DNA from: a virus
Lineage: Duplodnaviria > Caudoviricetes
Virus record (IMG/VR): IMGVR_UViG_3300033489_000010
Location: 1-57,418 of that record
Strand: one strand, 5' to 3'
DNA length: 57,418 nt
The notes under the pieces were generated by a model. It saw only the letters and a program-made list of their open reading frames with translations. It had not been told where the DNA came from and searched no databases. Of the stretch, positions 9,033-21,000 are shown one piece after another. Position 1 is the stretch's first letter; every line of letters begins with the position of its first letter. The position numbers were made by a program, and so were the translations under genes.

Positions 9033-12000
9033 TTATTCTGACGCCCTTAGTGATTCGAACAAGTTTTTTGTAATCTCATTCCTTCTCTTATTCAAAGCAT
9101 TTATCTTGTTTTGCTTTTCTTCGGAATTATCATTTGAGCTGTATATCCGCTTGATTTCATCATTGATATCAGCTAAGTTTTGTCGAATTTTTGTGACCGG
9201 TTTTTTCACTCGCAATAAATTTTTGTTTTCGATAACAAGATTCCTCGCATCCTCCCGCCTGCCTGTCTTCAAGTAATGGTTCAGCGTCCGATTCAGACCG
9301 TCGATTTTTTCATATAAATCATAAAAACGCTGCACATCCTTTGATGACCTAACGTCTCCGGTATCCATAACACCCAAGGCAAATGGGTTCCTTCTTCCTT
9401 CTGGTAAGTCAGGGTAACCCATAGCCGATCTTGACATCGCGTCGGTTCCAAAAAGCACCATGGCCCCCATGGTTGAAAAATATCCATTCACAAAATGCTC
9501 AAGCTTCAATGGAGAAACATTCAACGACCCACCTATCATCTTCATGGTATCGCTTGTCCATGGCATGTATTGCTCAGAAGGTTTCAAGTTCTTCATTGAA
9601 TCCGGAACAATCCTGCGGCCCTTAAATGTACTCATGTTAAACCGCTCTTCCATAATCGGCTTTACCATCTGTGGCATGTCAATATTGAAAACATCCCTTG
9701 CCGTAAACTTGAACCAATCCCACACAAACTTGCCTTCCTCTGTACCGTTCATGACATTTGCCACGCTTTCAGGAAGAGAGGCAAACAGAGCTCCTATCTC
9801 AAACGGTTTAGGAATCCTGTAATGCTGATCCCCTATCCAGAAATGAAAGTATGTCCACTTGTCCCAATCCTCAAGGGATTTGTACCGGTCATCATCTTTA
9901 AATAAAGACCATAGCGCAAGGGCGGCTGTTGTCAAAATGGCCGATTTCAAAAAGAAGGCTTTCGGGTTTTCATTTGCTGATCTACTCAGTTTATAAAGTC
10001 CCTGGACCCTGGCATTTAAAAACGGCACAATCCGGGTCAGAGCCTGAACAGTTCCGGAAGATCCACGCATCGAGAAATCGAGAAGATCCCTTGCTTCAAA
10101 CCCGGCATCAAGATTACTGTAGCCCTTACTTTTAAGCCTGGTATACAGCCCGAGTCTTGCAGCATTTTCCGAAGCTTCACCAATTTTATCCCATACACGG
10201 AACAAAGCATTGTCCCAAGGTTTAAACGGGTCTATTATTCTACGAATAGCACTCTTGCCTTCGGATCTTACAATTTTATCAATAAATCTGGACGCTGTTT
10301 TGGGATCATCCGATTTAACATATGAAGACCCGAACCCGAACCCGGTTGACATGAATTCGATATAATCCTTGTCCTCTTTCATGGACTTGATAAACCCGGA
10401 TGCAGTATCCAGGAATGGAACAAAATTTTTGGCCACAACAGCGGTATGGATTGTATCCCGGATCATGTTTCGAATACGGAAGGCAGGTCCGAATGTGGCA
10501 CCGAATGAAAGTATCCTCTTCGCTCCGCCCATCATCCGCATGAGGATGTTATTGAAAGCCTTCATGTCAAGCTCGGAAAGAGATTCATAAAGGTCTTCGT
10601 CGGTCGTTTTAAAATATACCGGTTCCCCGTTTTTCTGGAAAGACAGAATCCCATAATCCTTCATGCTGCCGAACATAACCTTATATTCTTTCCTTGGCTC
10701 CACTGAATACTGGCCCTTGCCGTCATCTTCCAGTGAATAGGCCCAGGTTTCCGCCTTTTCCTTCGTGCCAAAGATATCCCTACCCTTTGTGGCTCCTTCT
10801 TTCACGACGGCGAACCTGGTCACTGTCTCAGACCCGAGAATTTTGACAAGGTCTTTTTTCTCAACCTCCTCAATGATGCCAACCGTTTCGCCTGCTTCAA
10901 AAGCCCTTTGCCTTGCACGGTTTCTTACAGAAGCATCAACCAAGTGCATCCAGTTTTTCAAAAGGTTTTCCAGGGGATCGCCAATCTTAGCTTCCCCTCC
11001 TTTTAACTTTTTGATCTGTGCTGAAATATGCCGCCAGTTCTTCCTAGGTCCTGACAAGAATTCCTGTTGTGATATCGGATCTTCCATAATCCGATAGAAT
11101 GGAATATAAAAATTTGATTCCCATTCCGCCCTGCTTTCAGGATCAATGAGTCCTGCCTGTTCAGCTATATCAAGCACATTCTTATTGATGCTTTGGAGTT
11201 TCAGGTTAAGTGCAGCCCATGTCTGCCCGTTTTTGGCGTGAGTTCCCACCTTGGCAAAAAGCTTGTCCCTTGCATCCTTGTCAAGCCAGTTCTCCCGGCC
11301 TTCTGCTTCCAGTTGTTCCGCTCTTTTGGCAGCCACCCAATAGAGCAGGTTTCGCCAATCCGGACCGATGGCCCTAAGAAACGGGATAACCCCTTTGCCG
11401 CGCTCAGTGACAGCGATTGTGTCACCTACCCATGCCATGGGACCGTGCTCAAGAAACATGGCAAACGTGGCAGACTTAATACCGGTCAACATTCGGTGCA
11501 GTTTATACGGTTCGTCTCCAAGGCGTTCTTTGATAAAGTGCAGGTGATCCAGGGTTTTGGTAATAAAACGATCCCTGGCAAGGGTGCGTTCGTCTTTTGA
11601 TTTTGCCTTGTCAATCATCCCGGAAATTTGTTCCCGGGTTGTTGGTTCGGAATAAAATTTCTCGTCGATGATGCCTTTGTTAAAAAGGGTTTCGTTGCTG
11701 TCTGTTTGACCAGGAATTTTATTATAAATTTTCCCGCTCTCCATCTCCCGGGCAATTTTTCGGACGGACGGCCCAAATAAATTCCGGATCGAGTCAAGGA
11801 AATCTCTGATTTTCTGGATAATCTCACCGAGCAACGTATCTCTTTCGTACCTACGCTCTTCCAGGACCCGTGCAATATAGTTGGCCCGGTTTTCCCGCTG
11901 ATCTGCCACGAGTTCAAAATTAAGCTGAGCCTTGGCCGCATTTATCCGGGAATCCAGGATCAATTTTTCCCGGGGACCGATGATGCCGATATCCTCAAGC

Positions 12001-15000
12001 CAATGCTCAATCTCATGGTTCAGGGTCCAGGTGCCTGCCAGGTCTTTGACCAGTTCAATTTTATTTTTTCGGTAGGCCCCCAGGATCTGGCCTTTCTCGT
12101 TCCTCTTTCCGGTTTTCATGTCAAGGATGAGGCTCCCGTGTTTGCCTGGTTCTACGGATGTGATTTGAAGTTCTCCGCCGCCTTGGGTCCTGATCCGGAC
12201 TGAACCGTCGTCGGATATGCTGACGTCTTGGCCCGGGAAGGCTTTTTGGATGTCGCTTATGGTTACGAGTTGGGAGGGAGTCTGAGAAGAATATTGCACA
12301 CCTTCCCCCGGTGTGCTGGATGGGTTAGGGGATGAGTTTATAATTTCGATTAAATCATCAACGGCTTTCTGTTTTTGCGTGGCCTCTTTATCATATCCTT
12401 GGTAGCCCATGCCTTTTAAATATTTGGCAGTATTGAGCTGGTTAATTTTTAAAATTAATTCTGACTGTTTGTAAGATGGGCCTTTCTTATTGTATTCAGC
12501 TTTGGATATTGGGGATAGGTTCGACATTACAAATTCATCGTCACCACCAAAACCTATAACCTCTCCCTCGTAATAATATATTTTACGCTTAGAGGCTGCA
12601 TCCATTGTGGCGAATCCTCTGGATTCATCAAACCCAAAAACAGAAGCCATCGAAACGCCGGATTCATATTTATTTTCTCTTGAATTATAAGACTGTCCGC
12701 TTTCAGGGGCTTCCCCATATCTATACCCAACGGTTTTAACAGATATCTTTCCATCCTTGAAAGCTTTTACTGACTTATTAATGGACTCTAAATTGATACC
12801 ACCATCGGGCTGCGGGGTTAATCCAGTGGTTATGTCGTCGCCCTTCCCCGTTTCGGATTTCACTGATTCTTTATTATCAGGATTTTTATTATTTTGTAAA
12901 GAGGAATGATACTGCACCTCACCGTCCTGCTGATTAATGGGCTGTTCGGAAAACTCAGGAGTCTTTATTCCGAGAATATCCATAACCTTCACAGAGTCTG
13001 CCGCATTCTCAAACACTTCCTCCATGCCGTTGATCAAATGATCAAGCGTCCGTTTCATCCTTCCGGCTGGAACAAATACCTTCATCCTGTTTCCGGATTT
13101 CACAAAGTCGCTTCCAACCGAATCAATCAGCCCTGAATTCAGATAATACCGGCTACCACTTGCCTTGGATGCAGGGACAGAAATGGTCCCTGACCCATCC
13201 TGTTTCGGTGTAATGGCAAAATCCCCACGCCTGGACCTGACAAAGATATTATTGCTTAAAACCGTCATGATATCTTTGGTGTTGGTCAAAGTAATCGGTC
13301 GGCCTTGAGATTCTTTATTCAGATCAAATTTTGCAGGCATCAATATACCCTGCCGGACCCGGCCTTTATCGTCCGCGAAATTAATGATCCTGCCCTTCGG
13401 ATACCGGGCAAAGGCTGCCAGTAAATTCCCGGTCATGATAACTCTGGTTTCCCTGGCACTCTGGCTGGACCGGTCGAATTTTGACAAAACGGATTCGTTT
13501 ATTTTCCCGTTATTGCTGAAAGATTCCATCCGGTTGATAAAGGAAAATGGCACGACGAGTTTTCTTGTTGAATCTGGAACTGCAACGGTAACTTTCCATG
13601 TTCCCAAAGCCAATGGATTTTTGGGATTGCCTTTTTGCTCAACACCGAGAACAACGGTTTCAAAATACGTGTCACCTATAGGGATTTCAAGAATAGATCC
13701 TGGCACGGATGAATAAAAGACTCTTTCCCAATCATCTCTTATTGCGTCAAGCCTGCTCGCCTGGGCTCTCAATCTTTCCTCATCCTCGATATCATCCAAT
13801 ATACCATTTCGATAATCAAGGAATCGGTTCAGGATATCTGAGCTTTTATCATAATGTTTGTCACGGCCTTCATTTGCCAATTCATTCAAGCTTTTTTCTG
13901 TGGTTCTTGCCTCTTTCGAATCAAGCCCGAATATGTTTTCCTTTAATAGATTGACAACCTCTTCACTGGAATACGATTTGCCTATCTTTTTCATGTCCAC
14001 TTCTTCGGCAAAGGCATTGCTGGTAAAAGGAGATTTATCGCCCTTACCATCAAAAACAGTGGCTTTTTTTAATGTTTTGGCATCGGTATCAAAGGTCTTT
14101 GCCTCCAGGTCATTCTCGCCCATGGCGTCAAGCTGATCAATCAGATCTGTGTATCCTTCCTCAATCAAGGCATAAAGGTCTTCCTGTTCTTTGATGGTCG
14201 GCAATAAGGGAATTCTGCCAGTCACCTTCCGGGCCGCGCCATCTTCATCAAGTCCTGATTCCGTCTTATCTGAATTTTTTAAAGGGCTCCCGATGGCAGA
14301 GTGCATTTCAGGAAAGTCCGCCATAAGCCTAGCAACAACCTTGTCACCATATTTATTGATAAAATCCACAACATTTTTGGCCGTGACTTCGCTGTCCTTG
14401 GATGCAGTCGTGTTGGCGTTCAGGCTTGCCATTTTCCCGGCCAGAACAGCAGCCGGTCTTTTTTCGGAAGGGATATCCCCCATGAGCTGGATATATGATG
14501 GCGTTTTTACCTGTCCGGCCCGGTGTATCCTGCCGAGCATCTGCATATGTGTATCAATGTTTGCCTCGGCCTGGGCAATGATCATTACTCTTGGTTTGGG
14601 ATCGTGTCCCTCCCACTTCGGTACCGCATGAAGTGACAACCCGGTTGCCCCGCTTTGATTTAGAATTAAAACATCTGTTTTGTCGGTGTTGAAATCATAA
14701 ATGGTTTTTGTTCGGCCGGCAATGCTTTTGTCTTTCGTCCCCCTCATCCGGTATCGCTGAGATCCGTCCGGCCGGTATTCAATCATATGATTCCGGCCTG
14801 TTATTTCACTGGCATTCAATCCGGCTCCCTTCAGTTTGAATATCATATAATCAACCGGGGAAACCGGGAGCCCGTCAAGATCCATATCAAAAATAAGTTT
14901 TTTAACCCGGTTGAATTCCCTGACTCCTTCCGGGCCTAAGTCATCATCTGAAATATAATGACGGATGACATCTTTTTTATTACCGCCTGGCTTCGTTTCG

Positions 15001-18000
15001 GTGTATCGCCGGGTATTATCCAGATACTTGAACAGGAGATCATTAAACTTGAGGCCGATCCCATCTCCAGGCTTCAACCCGTTATCCTCTACATACTGCT
15101 CAATGAATGAGCCCATGGTGTTTGAAAGTGTGATAACCGGCTTTTTATCTTCCTTCACGGCCTTGATAGCTTCATCAACGGCTGCTTGAGTCTTCAGGGA
15201 AAGCAGCATCTGAGAAATAAGATTGTGCATGGTGGATGCGAAACTGACCGAGCTGATTTGAGGTGCCGCTGCCGCTGACATGCCGCCGATACCGGTTCCA
15301 TCAAAGGCTCCCTGATCTGCAAGCTCAGATATTGCAGGTTCTATAAATTCTTCTGAAAATTTTTTGATCTGATTCAAAGAGATGGAAACATCCCGAGCCC
15401 GGACCTGATCAATCTTGGTTGCCTTGGTGGCATACTCAACACCGTCAAAAGACCTTTCACGCCTCACATACTGCCCGGCCTCCACCAGCATTGCCGCCAC
15501 GGCCTGCTGTAACGGGACCCCGCCTGCGGATATGGCCCCTGACAGATCCTTGATATCATCGACGGCAAGGCGCATATCTGTTTTGGAATACAAATCCATG
15601 GTGCTCGGCCGCTTTGCATATGTGGCGGATGAATAAAATGTTGAATGGGCGCTTTGAATTAATCGTCTGAACCATATTGACCTTGGATATTTCTCGTTGG
15701 TTTCCTGAGCTCCCTCTGACCCTCCGGCCTTATGAGCTTCATCAAGAATGAGCATCCCATTTTTTTCGGCCATGGCTTCCAGGAAAACCCGCTGTGCTGA
15801 ACCCGGTTTATTTGTCTGGTCATATGTGGTAAAAATCACGCTGTACTTTGAATCAAGAAACCCATTATCAGCCATCTGTTTCAAAAGCGAATTGTGCTTA
15901 TTCGTGGTTCGGATGACCTTATCTCCGTCCTCGGTCAAGGATATTTTTTGATCGGCATTGGTGATCAGTATCCGGTCCGCCATGTCAGACATCCCGATAT
16001 CTGAAAGATCCCGGTACATATCCGTGTAAAGGTTCGGCTTCTCAGTAACAAATATGGGAGTGAGGCCCCGCTCCATGGCAAACCGGATCATGGCAGCAAC
16101 AACCCGGCCCTTGCCCACACCGGTCTGATCCCCGATAATAAACCCGGCCCCTTTATCAATGTTGTTGATGGCCAGGGCGATGGCGTCAACCTGTTCACCG
16201 GAAAAATATTCCTTCAGTTCATCCTGGGAGTACCCGAGCTTTTCAGAGACATACTCATCCACAAGCCCATGCTTTTCATTGATGTCGGCCAGGGCCTTTT
16301 TGATGGCCTCGGACATATTCACGGGCGTGAGGGTTTCTATGGCAGGAGATTTGCTTGATGGGATATAGGGAACCTGCCCGGAGTTTGCCTTTGCTTTTTC
16401 TTTTGGTTTTGGCTGTAGTTGCTGTGACTGTTCCATGAAAAATCGTTTTAAATAAGGCTTCAATTCTGCGCCTGTTTGTGTGGCCAGATATTGAATCAAC
16501 TGTTTAAGCGTGTGCCCGGCTTTCTTTGCATGGTCCCAGGCGCTTGCAAAGAAAGGCCGTGCAGCTTTATAGGTTTCTTCATTAAAGACAAATCCAGATG
16601 ACAGGGTGTTCCTTGGAGTGAAAAGGGCGTTTAGGCCCTTGATGGCATCTTTAACGTCTGACAAGCTTTCTAAAGCAAAATCGTTTAACAGGTCTTTCTT
16701 TGTTTTGGGTTTTCTATTTGGTGGCTTGTTCTTTTGCGCTTCTCTCCTGGCCCAATTTTTTAGATATTGTTCTATCGCCTTTTCATTTTTAGCCCGTGAA
16801 GATTGCAACCCTACTTCGGAGGATCGTCTTCCTCTGTCTGGTTTTTCAACAGGGATAGCGATATCATCCGTAGAGGTGTTAAAAACATCGTCAATAAGTC
16901 CGTCAATTTCTTCAACGGACATATTTTGAAGTTCTTCCGATATGTCTTTGGGAACGGTTATGTCTGGACCGAAAGCATCGTCCAGCATGGAATCAAGATC
17001 AGATTCAGAAATGTTTTTTAATTCATCCGTTAAGCCAGGTTTTCCATCCAGGTTTCCAGATCCATCAGTCTTAGGATTTCTTCGGCTTCCGGGCTGGTCT
17101 CCATTATCGGGCTTGTCGGCAGGTTGTCGTGAACTCCCATCATCGACAGGTGATGATACAGGCGTTCGTTGATCTGGTCCGACATCAGATCTAGTGCCGC
17201 CGTCCTTGTCGATCTCGGGGATATCATTCCGTCCTGTAACAGATCGGCGTTCTCCAGGGTCTTTTCCAGCATCTTTGCCGCTTCCTGGGGATATTCCGCT
17301 TTGTTTATCAGGTTCTGAACCAGGTCTATCATCAGGTATCTGTGGTAACTTGGCGTCAGGGTCTCCCCCTTCGGGAGCCATACCGCTGCTATCCATTGCG
17401 CCGAGCTCTCCTCGGGAGGAGCCCAGGCTATCAGGTCTTTGTGTGGTCTTTCCATCAAGCTTTCCTTTCAGTTCTTCCAGCGTTTTTAAATAGGGTGGCG
17501 GAACCGCCCCAGGAAGAGCAAGTTTTGATTTCCCCTTCCCATCAATCACTATGAAATCAACCGGCCAGGCAGCACCCTGCTTTGCATAAAGATCGCCTGA
17601 CAAAGAAAAGTGGTCAACTACATTATAATTGTCAAAGAGGGTTTTGTAAAATAAAACCTTATCTTTTGCTCGGTATAAAAGCTTTCTGCCTTCCGGGGTA
17701 ATGTTTTTATCATTCACACTTCCGACAATGAAAACCGCCCAGCCATTATCTTTCATGGATTCAAGAGCCTTAAAAACGATGGCATGGTCAATCTGAGTCG
17801 TGGGATATTGATCGTTTATTTTCCAGGTTTTTGATACTCCGGCGTCATCCTTGACAACACCAAATGGAGGGTTGCCGATGACAGCATCTACTTTTTCAGC
17901 CGCTGATATTTCTGTCCCATCAAGGTTGAAAATGACATTGAAGCCCATCCCGAGCAGGGTATTATACCGGTCCGGATTCAATTCGTTGGCCGTCACCTTC

Positions 18001-21000
18001 TCAGGGTTCGACCCGATAAGCAAGGCCCCATTCCCGGCTGACGGCTCATAAACGGTTTTACCGGATGTGATCCCGGCCAGTTCAGACGCAATCCATGCCA
18101 AAGGAAGAGGGGTTGAATATGCCTGATCTCTGACCGATGTGGATGTCCTGACGGAAAGATTCGGCATTCGGTTTTGCAAGTCAACGAGCTTATCAAATAT
18201 CTTTTCAGACGTCCCGTTGTGCTTTTTTCCGCCATCTATAATCGCCCGGGCTGCGAGTACGCCGGCCGTCTCGATGGCTTCATCCACCATCTTGGCATCC
18301 TGGGTACCGGCCTTAATGATAAAGCCTGTTTCATCCGCAAAGGCTTTTCTGGCCTGGAGGATATTGGCAAAGCCCTTCCCGGATCGGAATGCGGAAAGGA
18401 AGAAATCTGTTATGTCGCTTTTGGTAGGTTGTTCTTTGGTATCTATTTTTTCTTTTGACTCTTTTTCTACCTTCTCTCTATCAAACTCCGCAATCTCTTC
18501 GATTGTCAGATAATCTGTTGCCCCTTGTTTGTACAGGTCTTTTGGGTTATGGGGCTGCGGCATCACGCCGCTTCTTGTTGGCACAAGGCGCACGGGGTGA
18601 CCGACACGGAGCCCGGATTCTTCTTGATATGATCTGGCTCCCCTCTCATCAACATAAATTCTTTTTCCGTCAGGGTTTCGGCCTATAGCCCCCCTAAGGT
18701 CCATGTCATCATCTTTTTTAATGGGTTCCGTTATCGTCGATTCAGGAACATTTTCTGGGATATTCTCAGGAACATTCAGAGACAGATCCTTCTCCTTAAC
18801 AAATGTCCCTTTCCCATCCTGCTTTCTAATAAACCACATTTTGTCGGACTGTTTTTTTTCAAGCTTTCCGGAAAACTGGTCGCCGTTCTTACCATTCCAT
18901 GATACCGGATCTCCGGGCTTTAAGCCGGTTGTCTGCGGAGCAATGGCAGTGTCAGAAAAGACAGGTTTCTTGGTTCTATTGCCATCTTTCACCCAGGCCT
19001 TGAAATCTTCTGTGCCCATCTCGGTGATATTTCCAAGGCCTTTCCAGCCCTTTTCATAATTGGCAAGATAAATGGATTCAGCTTCTTCCTTTGACCCGGC
19101 GCCAAGCACCGCCTTGTGCTCATCAAACTTTCCGGTTCCCGGGTCTACCTGATCAACAACAAATACTTTCGGGCTGGTTTCTGTTCCGGGCTTGATAAAA
19201 ACATCAACCTGATCCCCGTCTTTGCCTTCGGTCCTTTTGAAATAGCCATAATGCCCGGACATGGTTGACTGCCATTCTTTCCCGGATTTATCCTTCCCTT
19301 TTCGGATGGACCCGTCCGGGTTCTCAATCGTGATATTCAAGCCATCAATTTTGATATGGTCTTTCTGGTAATTCCCGGCCTCTTTCTGGGCTTCGCTCGG
19401 GTTGGTATTTATTTTTTCCGGTTCAACTTCATGCTCAAAAACTGGCCGCAATGTTGAAATCGCTTCCGCCGGAAGATCCTGCATTCCAAAATTATCAGTT
19501 AAGCCCTGTTGAAATTTTCTTTGATCACGGACAGGAGAGGTCTCAACCTCCGCTGGTGCAACGTCCAGCCCGTCATCATAATTATTTTCAGGAAATACCG
19601 GAAGAGCCTGGCGCGGTAACATATCGGCCAAACCTGCAAACGGTCTGTATTTGCCTTCATCGCTGGTATCGGCCATGCCTCTCTGAAAAGCTGGCATGTC
19701 AGCAGGAAGCGGCATCGTGCTTTCATCCGGACCATTTACCATGGCTCTTTGAAAAACAGGTTGATCGGTCTGACCCATGGCCTGCTGACGAAGTTCTAAA
19801 GCCTGTACGGATGCTTCCCGGCTTCTGACTTGCCGGAAGGTATCAATATTTTTAGAAAGCAGATCCTGGCTTTGATCGATACCCTGTTTTGTAATGGCCG
19901 GATCAGGTTGGGAATAAATGCCTGTCATGGCCTGTTGATTCTGCTCTCGCAGAGATTGAACCGGGTCAGACGTGGAAGGAGTCTCGGTCGGTGCAGGCGG
20001 GGCAGGATTCCTCTGCCGGTTGATTTCGTCCATCCATCCGAGTTCTTCCTCATTCGGTACGCCTGCAAACGGGATCGTGTCGGAATATTGTTCGGCCGGT
20101 GCGGTTCGCATTGCGGTTTGAAAACTGTCTGCCGGGGCCTGTGGTGATTTGGTTAAATCTTCTCCGGAAAAACCTTTGTTTGGATCCAAAAGGTTTGTGG
20201 GCTTGTCTTTCAATAAAGCGTTTGCGCCAATAGAAACACCAGCTCCACCGGCCCCACCGACTGCCCCGGCTCCCATAGCTTCAATAATTTGCTCTATATT
20301 GGCTGGTGTAAGAAATTTTTCATCAGTATTTGCAACTGTATTCAAAATACTAAATACTTCCTGGCCGCCTTCCTGTAATACTTCTTTTGGGATATTGGTG
20401 ATCAGTCCCATAGCGGCTGACTTGATCGCTTTCCCGGAACCAGATCCAACCACGTCAACAAATTGGTCAATCAGTTCGCTGTTACCGCCGGCGTATTCCA
20501 GCGATGTAGACAAGGCTCCGAAAAACAAAGCCGTGCCAGGGGCATCAATGCCTTTTTCCTGAAGCAATTGAGCATAATTCCCACCGGATTCCAATGGCAG
20601 AACCGCAGCGCCCATGCCTACTTTCCCGCCAAGTTTCATCAAGGCCTGTTTTGTGATCTGTTTTTTAAGCTCAGTTTCTGCAATGCCTTTTGATGCCTCG
20701 GTAATCACGCCCTTGGCTATTTGAGCCTCCACGGCTTCTTTTGTCATTGATTCGATAGATTTTTTCAATATGGTTCTGCTTGCGAACCCGCCTATTGCGG
20801 ACCCTGGTCCAGGAGCAACGCCGGTTCCTATAATGGTTCCAATAGCAGCCTCAGCCATGGATGGGACCAACTCTCCAAGGGTGCCTTGTAGCCAGTCAAC
20901 AGACCCACCAATTCCAGCCTTTCCAGTATAAACATCTTTAAAGGTTTGTTTTGCGGGATTCTCTTCGGCCTCGGCCATGTTACGCTGATATCCTTGCATA

